Of a DNA stretch of 64,000 nucleotides, positions 37,162-46,038 are shown piece after piece (position 1 is the stretch's first letter; each line of letters opens with the position of its first letter). The notes beneath the pieces were generated by a model. That model ran no database searches. It saw only the letters and a program-made list of their open reading frames with translations, and was not told the DNA's origin. Position numbers and translations under genes: made by a program. The stretch comes from Saprospiraceae bacterium (GTDB lineage: Bacteria > Bacteroidota > Bacteroidia > Chitinophagales > Saprospiraceae): contig JALHMA010000001.1 of the NCBI GenBank assembly GCA_022844265.1, positions 18,260-82,259 of the forward strand, written 5' to 3'.

Positions 37162-37965
37162 TTAATAAATAGATCCTTCAAATACCTGCTGTGCCGGTCC
37201 GCAAAGCCAAATGTCGGTGAAACTTCCATCTTTACGGGCATGAAATCGTACAGATAGACGACCTCCTTTTGCTATTACAGGCACTTCTGCGATGTTGTCA
37301 AGACTTTTTTTATGGTGTAGATACGATGCAATAGCTGCTGCGGTTATCCCGGTGCCGCAGGCGAGGGTTTCGTCTTCCACGCCGCGCTCGTAGGTGCGGA
37401 TATACAATCCGTTATCTGCTTTCTCCACCAGATTAACATTGATGCCTTCCTTTTTAAAACGCTCGGAATAACGCACTGCCCGGCCCTCCGAAACCATGTC
37501 TTTTTGATCCAGAAGTGTTGTAAAACACACATAATGTGGTGAACCGGTATTTAAAACATAAATATCGCCGTTTGTTTCAACAGCCGCCACATCCCTCATT
37601 TTGAGTTCGATCCAGGTCTCTTGTCCTTGATCTTCTGAGGCGGAGATAAACGCTTCGTGTTCGCCGTCGATAGCCATAAAACGGCAATACTCGTCTACCA
37701 TTCCGAGGTGCCGGGCAAAGGCGGCGATGCAACGTCCGCCATTGCCGCACATACTGCTTTCGCGGCCGTCGGCATTGAAATAGATCATTTCAAAATCGTA
37801 GCCGGCCTTGCTCTCCAGCAGGATAAGTCCATCCGCTCCGATACCGAAACGGCGGTTACACATCAGTTCGATGCGGGAGGTGTCGGCGCGTGTCAGCCAC
37901 TGCGCGGCTCGTTGGTCGAGCATGATAAAATCATTTCCTGCTCCCTGGTATTTCCAGAATTTCAT
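37162..37965 (-). CDS. dapF: Diaminopimelate epimerase
   Basis: It begins MKFWKYQGAGNDFIMLD and has both catalytic Cys motifs, MCGNGGRC and ACGTG. Confidence 0.92.
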   Translation of the reverse strand: MKFWKYQGAGNDFIMLDQRAAQWLTRADTSRIELMCNRRFGIGADGLILLESKAGYDFEMIYFNADGRESSMCGNGGRCIAAFARHLGMVDEYCRFMAIDGEHEAFISASEDQGQETWIELKMRDVAAVETNGDIYVLNTGSPHYVCFTTLLDQKDMVSEGRAVRYSERFKKEGINVNLVEKADNGLYIRTYERGVEDETLACGTGITAAAIASYLHHKKSLDNIAEVPVIAKGGRLSVRFHARKDGSFTDIWLCGPAQQVFEGSIY

Positions 37966-38265
37966 ATTGTTTGTAGATTTGGCAGCAATTTTGCCGGGTC
38001 AAAATTGCTGTGCTCTGCGCATGAAAAAGGTTTTTAAATTCAAAAAACTTTGTTAAGATTAGTTAAGAATGGATAATTGACCTGTTTGTGCTCAACTATT
38101 TACCCTGGCTTTTGTCCATTTTAAAACTAAGCACGAAAAAACAGCGTTCTTGCTGAATGTTCAGTTATATTTTGATAGTTAGGCATATCAGGCACAACAG
38201 TTTAGATTAAATTTTTTACAAATGCATGATTATCAACACAGATAACCAATAACGGATTACTAATT

Positions 38266-39702
38266 ATGAGAAAATACCTGCCTCTTGCCATTACCTGTGT
38301 GTTGAGTTCATTGTTGTCTGTACTCATTTACAGTCAGTTTGCACGCCCAAACCAGGTCGTATGGAACAGTGAAGAAGGAGACGTTCGTTATACCGGATTG
38401 GTAGATAAATTGTTCAGCAACCGCTCCAACAGCCAGTTCCAGTCTTCGGCGCCTACTAATTTTATCGAATCCGCAGCTGTTGTCACACCAGCCGTTGTAA
38501 ATATCCGGGCATTGCTGGAGACGGGCAATAGCCTGTGGGGTGGTGGCGCCCTGACGGGTTCATCCGGTTCCGGGGTGATCATGTCGCCGGATGGCTATAT
38601 TGTTACCAATCACCATGTGGTGGAAAAAAGTACGGATATAAAGGTGACCCTGGCAGATAAACGCACCTATAAAGCCAAAATGGTTGGTTCAGACCCATCG
38701 ACCGATATTGCGTTGTTAAAAATAGAAGCGGGTGAACTGCCTTTTATCGTTTTTGGAAACAGCGATTCCGTGCTTGTAGGCGAATGGGTACTGGCTGTGG
38801 GTAATCCGTTTAACCTGGAAAGTACCGTTACGGCGGGTATCGTGAGCGCTAAAGGTCGTAACATCAACATCCTCGGCGGCGGCGCCAGTATTGAATCCTT
38901 TATCCAGACAGATGCTGCCGTAAATCCGGGTAACAGCGGGGGCGCACTGGTCAATACCGTTGGCGAATTGATTGGAATAAATACGGCAATTATAACGGAA
39001 TCAGGAAGTTATGAAGGCTACTCTTTTGCAGTGCCTTCCAACCTGGTGCAAAAAGTTATCCGCGATATAAGGGAATTCGGCATCGTTCAACGCGCTTACC
39101 TCGGCGTGGGAATTCAAGACCTGGACAGCGAAACCTCACAGGAAATCGGGCTGCCCAATGCGGAAGGCGTATTGGTCAACAGGATTGCCAAAGCAGGGGC
39201 CGCTTCGGATGCCGGACTACTGGAAGGCGATGTTATTATCGGCCTGAATGGTACCCGGGTACGCAGTACTTCGGAATTGCAGGAATACGTCGGACGATAC
39301 CGCCCCGGCGATCAGGTAGCGCTCGAATACTGGCGAAAAGGAAAAAAGAACCGGATTGCGCTCATTCTGAAAGACGGAAACAATTCCATCGGTACAGTAC
39401 GGGTAAAAGGGGATGAACTGGATGAAGAACTGGGAATCGTTATGCGCGACCTTACCGTGGAAGAACGCCGCAGAATTCGTATCAAAGGCGGCGCCATCGT
39501 TTCCAGTATTCGCCGTGGCAGCATTGTGTATGAAACCAATATGCAACCGGGTTTTGTGATTACCAGTGTCAATGGCGACCGGGTTTCGAATGTTATGGAA
39601 GTAGTGGAAGCCATCAAAAACGTCTATAACAGCCTCACCCTGGATGGTTATTACGAAGGCGAACCGGATTTGTATTCCTACCGTTTCAAGAAAAACGAAT
39701 AA
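38266..39702 (+). CDS. htrA: HtrA/DegP-family periplasmic serine protease with two PDZ domains
   Basis: The catalytic triad context is TNHHVV, DIALLKI and GNSGGALVN. PDZ-like regions follow. Confidence 0.9.
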   Translation: MRKYLPLAITCVLSSLLSVLIYSQFARPNQVVWNSEEGDVRYTGLVDKLFSNRSNSQFQSSAPTNFIESAAVVTPAVVNIRALLETGNSLWGGGALTGSSGSGVIMSPDGYIVTNHHVVEKSTDIKVTLADKRTYKAKMVGSDPSTDIALLKIEAGELPFIVFGNSDSVLVGEWVLAVGNPFNLESTVTAGIVSAKGRNINILGGGASIESFIQTDAAVNPGNSGGALVNTVGELIGINTAIITESGSYEGYSFAVPSNLVQKVIRDIREFGIVQRAYLGVGIQDLDSETSQEIGLPNAEGVLVNRIAKAGAASDAGLLEGDVIIGLNGTRVRSTSELQEYVGRYRPGDQVALEYWRKGKKNRIALILKDGNNSIGTVRVKGDELDEELGIVMRDLTVEERRRIRIKGGAIVSSIRRGSIVYETNMQPGFVITSVNGDRVSNVMEVVEAIKNVYNSLTLDGYYEGEPDLYSYRFKKNE

Positions 39703-39716
39703 GTAACCTTTTACTT

Positions 39717-40262
39717 ATGTTGAAACGTTTGCACCTGCTCGGGGCGCCCGGCTCGGGTGTGACTTCATTGGGTAAAGAATTATCTACCCGCCTGTCCTGC
39801 AGGCACCTCGATACGGACGATTATCATTGGTTTACGGAAGACGTCTTGCCTTATCGCCGCCGTAGAAACCCTGATCATCGCCGACAATTGCTTTCCCGCG
39901 ATCTGGATGCCTCTGAAAACTGGGTGCTGTCCGGCTCGTTGTGTGGATGGGGCGATGTATTTATTCCCCGTTTTGATGCGGTCATTTATCTCTGGGCGCC
40001 GGCCGACGTGCGTATTGCACGTATTCAGGCCCGCGAATGGAAGCGTTATGGTCCCGAAAGGCTTGCCCCGGGGGGCGATCTGCACCAGGTTTTTGAAAAA
40101 TTCATGTCCTGGGCGGCTGCGTATGATGATGCACATGAAAACATCAGAAGTCGTACTAAAGAACTGGAATGGCTGGAATCGCTGCCTTGTCCGGTAATAA
40201 AAATAGAAGTGGGAATGCCGCTGTCTGTTATAGCCGATCAGGTATTGGAAACACTTTTATAG
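39717..40262 (+). CDS. P-loop NTPase (adenylate-kinase-like / AAA-family small kinase)
   Basis: It has a Walker A motif LLGAPGSGVTSLGKEL and is 181 aa. The specific substrate is unknown. Confidence 0.6.
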   Translation: MLKRLHLLGAPGSGVTSLGKELSTRLSCRHLDTDDYHWFTEDVLPYRRRRNPDHRRQLLSRDLDASENWVLSGSLCGWGDVFIPRFDAVIYLWAPADVRIARIQAREWKRYGPERLAPGGDLHQVFEKFMSWAAAYDDAHENIRSRTKELEWLESLPCPVIKIEVGMPLSVIADQVLETLL

Positions 40263-40340
40263 CCTCAACCCTCTCTCAACAACTCAACCTCTCAACCTCT
40301 CAACCCTCAACCCTCAACAACTCAACCTCTCAACAAATTA
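40263..40340 (+). repeat. C/A-rich CTCAAC word tract with no complementary arm
   Basis: The sequence cctcaaccctctctcaacaactcaacctctcaacctctcaaccctcaaccctcaacaactcaacctctcaac contains about 10 CTCAAC words. It forms the whole leader upstream of the mscL ATG at 40349. Confidence 0.8.
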
Positions 40341-40348
40341 AACAGCGT

Positions 40349-40717
40349 ATGTGGACCCAACTCAGAACCTTTCTCATGCGGGGAAGTATTCTCGAATTAG
40401 CCGTAGGTGTCATCATTGGTGCGGCATTTGGTAAAATTGTCTCAGCCCTGGTAGATAATATTTTGATGCCCCTGATCGGCATTGCCATGGGCGGTGTAAA
40501 TTTTCAAGCACTCAGCGCTAAAATACTTGGTGTAGATATTGGCTTCGGCGCCTTTTTGCAGGCGATCTTTGATTTTACGCTGATCGGCGTAGTCTTGTTT
40601 TTGCTGCTGCGGATAGCGGGAAAAAATCCTGTACCTGAGCCTCCGCCTCCACCAGCAATTACCACCGAAGAATTGCTGACGGAAATCCGCGATTTATTGA
40701 AAGAACGTGGGAAATAG
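40349..40717 (+). CDS. mscL: Large-conductance mechanosensitive channel
   Basis: FLMRGSILELAVGVIIGAAFGKIVSALVDNILMPLIG is canonical MscL. The track ORF start at 40169 translates the low-complexity tract and overlaps the previous gene, so I reject it. Confidence 0.9.
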   Translation: MWTQLRTFLMRGSILELAVGVIIGAAFGKIVSALVDNILMPLIGIAMGGVNFQALSAKILGVDIGFGAFLQAIFDFTLIGVVLFLLLRIAGKNPVPEPPPPPAITTEELLTEIRDLLKERGK

Positions 40718-40856
40718 TGTTTGGTGTTTAGGATTTGGTGTTTAGGGCGCTTCGCCCTTGGTCTGTGTGGATTGTTTGGCCTGAATCCCCACAGATGCCA
40801 AGGGCGAAGCGCCCTAAACACCAAACACTAAACACCAAATCCTAAACACCAAACAC
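40718..40856. repeat. GTGTTTGG-family hairpin element (mscL|amidohydrolase convergent junction)
   Basis: The arms are built of GTGTTT[AG]G words plus the core gggcgcttcgcccttgg/ccaagggcgaagcgccc. The right arm carries about two extra heptamers. The element fills the gap from stop to stop. Confidence 0.9.
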
Positions 40857-42100
40857 TACTTCAGCACTGTCCCGTTCTTTACTTTAAATGCGGAAGCCCT
40901 GATTTTCAGGATATTGGTAAACGGATCACCATTTAATACCAGAAAACTCGCTTCATAACCTTCTTTCAGTTTGCCGATTTTCCGGTTTGGGAAAATAGCG
41001 CCGGGGGTGTTTTCACAAACGATCCTGAGCAAATCGGGGCCATTTTGTTTGGACAAACCATTCAGGTAATTGATTTCGCTGCGGAGGGTGCGTTGCGGAT
41101 CGTCTGATGCGATAATCAGGTTGACCCCGCTGCTCATTAAACGGCTAAACATTTTGGTGTGAAAATCCTTTACCGCAGGCCGTGGAGTGGCGGATTGTGC
41201 ATGAGACAACAGCGTGGCAACGGGCGTTCTTTTCTTGGATAATTTTTTAAGATCGTTATTGGAAATCATAAACCTGGCCGGATCACCCGAACCGTCCCAG
41301 TTATGTCCCGGCAGGTTTGCAAATCCATCCACCCCGATTTTTATTCCAATCTCAACATCAGTGCCTGTTTCTACCCAGGCCAGAACGCGCAGTTTCGCTT
41401 TATGCGCCTTTTTCACGACGGCTTTTGCCATGTCGACAGAAAGTCCTTTACTTTCTTTACCGCCATTGATCTGTGCATCCAGCAGGTAAATCATCAGGAC
41501 GTCCGGTTTTTGCGCAATGATTTTTTCCCAGTTGGCATCCAGCGCGTCTTTGTTATCTGCAAACCAATAAGCGTCGCCCAGCAATTTGCGACCGGTTTTG
41601 ATCTTGTTGTAAGCATTTGACCATTCGGCCGGATTGGGGACATCCTGTGCGGGGCCTTCAAATTTGAGAAACGGTTCGCCCAGGGAACAGGTTATGGCGC
41701 CGTTGGTGAAAATGGCATCGGGTGTATTGGATTTGTTCATCAAAGGCTGAACCGTTTTGCGGCCTTCCTGGGTATTATTCAAAATCTGCACGTAAAATAC
41801 ACCTTCATCCAGGTATTGTTTCGCCATGTTCGCTGCAGAACGGTTGCCGGAAATACTGGAACAACCGGCATCGGCCATCGGAGGAATCACCCAGTGCCCA
41901 TCCAGATCGACGATGGAATCTATCTTAACTGGGGCTTTTTGAGTGAGTAATCCGTTGCTGACATACCAGGTTGCTTTGACAAATTCAAGTCCGGTAAACC
42001 ATTGTCCGTTTTTGTATTCGTAATTTTTTCCGGCAGACTGGGCAGATGAAAACTGGCTTAAAAGGCAAAAAACAAGCGTGGAGAAGAGTAACTTCTTCAT
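40856..42100 (-). CDS. Secreted amidohydrolase-superfamily-like protein
   Basis: It has a signal peptide (MKKLLFSTLVFCLL). The C-terminus GYEASFLVLNGDPFTNILKIRASAFKVKNGTVL resembles the amidohydrolase composite-domain ending. The metal-binding HxH motif is not evident, so the call is tentative. Confidence 0.45.
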   Translation of the reverse strand: MKKLLFSTLVFCLLSQFSSAQSAGKNYEYKNGQWFTGLEFVKATWYVSNGLLTQKAPVKIDSIVDLDGHWVIPPMADAGCSSISGNRSAANMAKQYLDEGVFYVQILNNTQEGRKTVQPLMNKSNTPDAIFTNGAITCSLGEPFLKFEGPAQDVPNPAEWSNAYNKIKTGRKLLGDAYWFADNKDALDANWEKIIAQKPDVLMIYLLDAQINGGKESKGLSVDMAKAVVKKAHKAKLRVLAWVETGTDVEIGIKIGVDGFANLPGHNWDGSGDPARFMISNNDLKKLSKKRTPVATLLSHAQSATPRPAVKDFHTKMFSRLMSSGVNLIIASDDPQRTLRSEINYLNGLSKQNGPDLLRIVCENTPGAIFPNRKIGKLKEGYEASFLVLNGDPFTNILKIRASAFKVKNGTVLK

Positions 42101-42219
42101 AAGGTAAGTTGATTCGCTAATAAATAAGGTGAGTAAACAGCGTTCAGGGCTAAAAACAAACGGCAAAAGTAGCAGGACTGGCGGGCTTCTTCAGCAGGTT
42201 AACAAACTGTTCAGGAATC

Positions 42220-42360
42220 GTGTTTGGTGTTTAGTGTTTGGTATTTAGTGTTTGGGGCGCTTTGCCTTTGGCATCTGTGGGAATTCAGGCCAAAGCAACT
42301 CACAGATGCCAAAGGCGAAGCACCCTAAACACCAAATACCAAATACCAAATACCAAACAC
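42220..42360. repeat. GTGTTTGG-family hairpin element downstream of mtgA
   Basis: The left arm is gtgtttggtgtttagtgtttggtatttagtgtttggggcgctttgcctttggcatctgtg. The right arm is cacagatgccaaaggcgaagcaccctaaacaccaaataccaaataccaaataccaaacac. Confidence 0.9.
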
Positions 42361-42361
42361 G

Positions 42362-43153
42362 TCATTTCCCCGGCTTTTTTGGCGTATTCGGCTCCTCATA
42401 ATCTATTTTGCCGCCCCACATGCGCATTTGACTCAGTATCCATTGCTGGCGTTTACGCACATCCGAACTCGGTTGATTGACCTTGTAAATCAGCGGATTA
42501 GGCAGCACTGCCGCAAGCATAGCCGCTTCTTGTCGGTTGAGATCTTTAGCGGTTTTTTTGAAATAGTGCTGTGCGGCTGCCTCTGCGCCATAAATCCCGT
42601 CGCCGAATTCGATCACATTCAGGTAACTCGACATGATGCGTTCTTTACTCCAGATGGTTTCAATCAGGAAAGTAAAATACACTTCCAGACCTTTGCGAAT
42701 CCAGGAACGGCTGGGCCAGAGAAACACATTTTTGGCCGTCTGCTGGCTGATCGTACTTGCTCCGCGCTTGCGTTTGTGGGTTTTGTTGTATTTGTAAGCC
42801 TTTTCGATGGCTTCGAAATCAAAACCTTCGTGTTCCAGAAAATCCTGGTCCTCCGCACACACCACGGCCAATTGCAGGTGGGGCGACAGCTCTCTGAGCG
42901 GTACCCAGTAGTTGTCTAGCCGCACATCGCGCTCCGGATCCCAGGCCTGCTCCCAGGTACGCTGCAACATGAGCGGCGTCAAAGGCACCGGCAACAAGGT
43001 ATACAGCAATGTCATACCGATCGTAATGCCGAAAAACCAAAGGGTCAGCCGGATCAACATGTTGCGGAGGTATCTGCCCCAAAGCGGGTTACCTGCTTCG
43101 TTTTTGGGAATGTTGCGATACCAGCTGCGGAGAATACGTTTCAAAAAGTTCAA
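42362..43153 (-). CDS. mtgA: Monofunctional peptidoglycan glycosyltransferase (GT51)
   Basis: It contains EDQDFLEHEGFDFEAI, GASTISQQTAKN and RKGLEVYFTFLIE. The start is a TTG at 43153, and an internal ATG start is possible. Confidence 0.88.
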   Translation of the reverse strand: MNFLKRILRSWYRNIPKNEAGNPLWGRYLRNMLIRLTLWFFGITIGMTLLYTLLPVPLTPLMLQRTWEQAWDPERDVRLDNYWVPLRELSPHLQLAVVCAEDQDFLEHEGFDFEAIEKAYKYNKTHKRKRGASTISQQTAKNVFLWPSRSWIRKGLEVYFTFLIETIWSKERIMSSYLNVIEFGDGIYGAEAAAQHYFKKTAKDLNRQEAAMLAAVLPNPLIYKVNQPSSDVRKRQQWILSQMRMWGGKIDYEEPNTPKKPGK

Positions 43154-43191
43154 TGTTCCAGATTTTACCGGGCAAAAATAGTATACTCCTT

Positions 43192-45672
43192 TTAAAACTC
43201 AACTATGATCCCGATACTCGGTGTCGGTGTAGCATCTTCCACGCGCAGGATAAGTGGTTTGCCATTCGAACCGTCTGCCCGGAGTGCCTGGCCGTCAGTG
43301 GTATCAAAACCAGAATTGTCGCTGGTTCGTGCAAAAGTAAACTGTGGATATGCCGGATTTTTGGTTAAAAAGGCATTTTGAATATCAAAGAAAATATCCA
43401 AAGTAGCCCTGCGATAATTCCATTTTTTATCGATCCTGAAGTCAAACTGGCTGAAATTTCTGAGTCTTTCGGTATTCAGGCGCGTCAGATCGGGAATACC
43501 TCTGCCAACAGTCGAGTAATTGACCTGACTTGCTTCCAAGTCGAAGGGTGTGAAAGGAACACCACCCTGAAAACGGTATTTGAGCCCGATTTCCCAGTTG
43601 CGGCGGAATTTCCGGCCCAGGGTAAGAGAAAGCAAGTGACGATTGTCCCAGGAAGAGACAATCAATTTTCCGTCGGCATTGCTGAATTTGGACCAGAAAA
43701 GGGTATACGCGCCAACAAAAAAGAGGTTTTTTGTCAGTTTTTGTTGCGCAAAAAGTTCTAAACCATACGATTCGCCGCTTCCGTTGCTGTTGAGTTGTTC
43801 GTTGCCGATAATACCGAAGTCTCCCCCTTGGTTGGCCAGCGAGAGGCCATTGGTTGTACTGACGAGGTAATTACCATACCGTTTGTAAAAACTTTCCAGC
43901 GTCAGGCGAAGTGCCGGCGTCGGAACATATTCCAGTCCTGCCACCAGGTGATCCGAATAGGTATAAGGCAGGTTCTGATTGACCAGCACATCGTTTTCAT
44001 CGCGGAAACCCAGCGCGGTGTATGGGGCGATTTTGTAATAACGGCCTGCCGTGGCATTCAATTTCCATTGGGGAGCAAGGCCGTAACTCAAGCTGATGCG
44101 CGGACTAATGGTTTGCAGCATATTTGCGCCATCGTCGCTGAAAGAATTGCCGTCGGCCCGGATGCCCAGCGATACGCTCAGACGTTCCTTGAATAAAGTG
44201 CGGTTGACCTGGCCAAACAGGCCGAATTTGAAAAAATCAATATCCGTAGCAAAATTGGCAACGACTTCAGATTGAACAATTTGGCCGCTCGAATCGCGTA
44301 TTTCCGGGCGTATTCTGTTGAATGTCTGGTTGTTGTACTTGACGTACTGCGCCATGGCTCCAGCCGAAAATTTCCAGTCGCCGATAAATTTATTCAGGTC
44401 GAAACGGAGTTTATTTTCGATTTCCTGGCTGTTGAGTTTCAGGGTTCGTTTGGATTCATCGTCTTGTTTGCCGTCGTAGTTTTCGGCAAATTGATCGAGT
44501 TGGTTGTCAAACATATTCCGGCTGAAAGTCAGGTTCCAGTAGCCGTTTTCTACCAGCCTCTTTAAGGTGAAGCCCTGGGTGTAGTTCCACTGGTTGATGG
44601 TTGGATTGGAACCGAGTATGTAGATATTTTCTGGAGTAGCATCTGAGGGCGCTACAAAAAAGAACTCATCGATCGCGCCTACACCGATCGCCGTCAGGGT
44701 GGTTTTGCTGTTTATTTTATGCGTGATTTTGTACTGGAAGTCCCAGTAATCGGGCCGGATAGGCAAGTCGAGCGCCTGAAAAAGAAATTGCAGGTAAGAG
44801 CGGCGCGCGGAGGCAAGGAAAGTGGTTTTACCGTTTTTTCGGCCCAGCGGCCCCTCGCCCGTAAGCGCCACTTCCGTAGCACTCACCCTGAAATTTCCCT
44901 GAAAACGTTCGGGGTTTCCGTCGCGCTGGCGAAACTGCAAAACAGAAGACAGTGGGTTGTCATACCGCGCATTGAAGGCGCTGGAGGATAGTGTAGCATC
45001 TTCCAGAAAAGAAACGTTCAAAATGCCGGCGGGACCGCCGGAAGCGCCCTGCGTGGCAAAGTGGTTGATGACCGGAATTTCTACCCCGTCTAAGTAAAAA
45101 ACGTTTTCACTGGGACCTCCGCCCCTGATAATCAGGTCGTTGCGAAATCCGCCAACCGAACCGGAAGTGCCGCCGACACCCGGGAGTGTTTGTACCACCC
45201 TGGAGATATCGAAGTTGCCGCCGGGATTGCTTTTGATTTCTTCTACACTCAGGTTTTGTATGGAAAGCGGCGTTTCCGTCGAAGCGATGCGCACACTTTT
45301 ATTTTCCGAAACCACCACTTCTCCCAGCGTTTTGGAATCGGATTCCAGTTCAAAGTTCAGGAAAGCGGTATTCCCCGTCGTCAGTACCACGTTGTAACGT
45401 GTAACCGTTGAATACCCTAAGTAAGTGGCCGAAACGGTGTAACTTTTGGGCGGGATTCCCCCGATGCTGAACCTGCCATCGACATCGGTTGTTGCGCCTG
45501 AAACGATATCCGAAGCATCCAGCGACAGAATACGCACCGTGGCGCCTGTCAGGGCTTCCTGAGTTATCTTATCTTTGACCGTTCCCGATAAAACAGCCGT
45601 GTTTTGGGCGTGTAGCGTGATCCCCTGGAAAACGAATATCAACACACCGGCGATGGTTAAAACTTGTTTCAT
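43192..45672 (-). CDS. TonB-dependent receptor with N-terminal carboxypeptidase-regulatory-like domain
   Basis: It has a signal peptide, the domain LSGTVKDKITQEALTGATVRIL...Y.VSATYLGY, a plug region and a long barrel ending IGIIVEF. Confidence 0.85.
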   Translation of the reverse strand: MKQVLTIAGVLIFVFQGITLHAQNTAVLSGTVKDKITQEALTGATVRILSLDASDIVSGATTDVDGRFSIGGIPPKSYTVSATYLGYSTVTRYNVVLTTGNTAFLNFELESDSKTLGEVVVSENKSVRIASTETPLSIQNLSVEEIKSNPGGNFDISRVVQTLPGVGGTSGSVGGFRNDLIIRGGGPSENVFYLDGVEIPVINHFATQGASGGPAGILNVSFLEDATLSSSAFNARYDNPLSSVLQFRQRDGNPERFQGNFRVSATEVALTGEGPLGRKNGKTTFLASARRSYLQFLFQALDLPIRPDYWDFQYKITHKINSKTTLTAIGVGAIDEFFFVAPSDATPENIYILGSNPTINQWNYTQGFTLKRLVENGYWNLTFSRNMFDNQLDQFAENYDGKQDDESKRTLKLNSQEIENKLRFDLNKFIGDWKFSAGAMAQYVKYNNQTFNRIRPEIRDSSGQIVQSEVVANFATDIDFFKFGLFGQVNRTLFKERLSVSLGIRADGNSFSDDGANMLQTISPRISLSYGLAPQWKLNATAGRYYKIAPYTALGFRDENDVLVNQNLPYTYSDHLVAGLEYVPTPALRLTLESFYKRYGNYLVSTTNGLSLANQGGDFGIIGNEQLNSNGSGESYGLELFAQQKLTKNLFFVGAYTLFWSKFSNADGKLIVSSWDNRHLLSLTLGRKFRRNWEIGLKYRFQGGVPFTPFDLEASQVNYSTVGRGIPDLTRLNTERLRNFSQFDFRIDKKWNYRRATLDIFFDIQNAFLTKNPAYPQFTFARTSDNSGFDTTDGQALRADGSNGKPLILRVEDATPTPSIGIIVEF

Positions 45673-45784
45673 AAAAGAATGTTATTTTATTTTATTTTTA
45701 AATTATGGTTCAAAAACATACTTTTGTGGAAACTGTTTTGCTTTTTCTAAAAAAAGTAAAAATTTAATTTAGCGTTCTCTCCAA

Positions 45785-45970
45785 CTTAGAGTTGTGCTAA
45801 AAGGCCCAGCGGGCCTATATCTTTGTAGCAGTGTTGGATTTAATTTGGTACCCGGCCCAGCGGGCCGGTATTTATTCGATAAAGATACCGGCCCGCTGGG
45901 CCGGATAGAATTTTCTTTGGCGTTACTACAAAGATATAGGCCCGCTGGGCCTTTTGACACAACCCCAAGT
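45785..45970. repeat. Nested GC-rich palindrome carrying four copies of GGCCCAGCGGGCC
   Basis: The outer perfect 30-nt stem pairs 45799-45828 with 45926-45955. The inner perfect 20-nt stem pairs 45852-45871 with 45885-45904. The 13-mers lie at 45803, 45854, 45890 (reverse complement) and 45939 (reverse complement). Confidence 0.9.
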
Positions 45971-46038
45971 TTAGCGCCGATTTTGATGCGTTTGTCCTGA
46001 GGGAAGGGTGAGGCCGGCAAAAGTAAATACTTGTAACT

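Noticed and set aside
37982-38012. A 10-bp hairpin (cagcaatttt/aaaattgctg) in the dapF/htrA divergent region
   Set aside because: It is short, lacks a T-tract and has no co-directional upstream gene to terminate. That is not enough to call a regulatory element.
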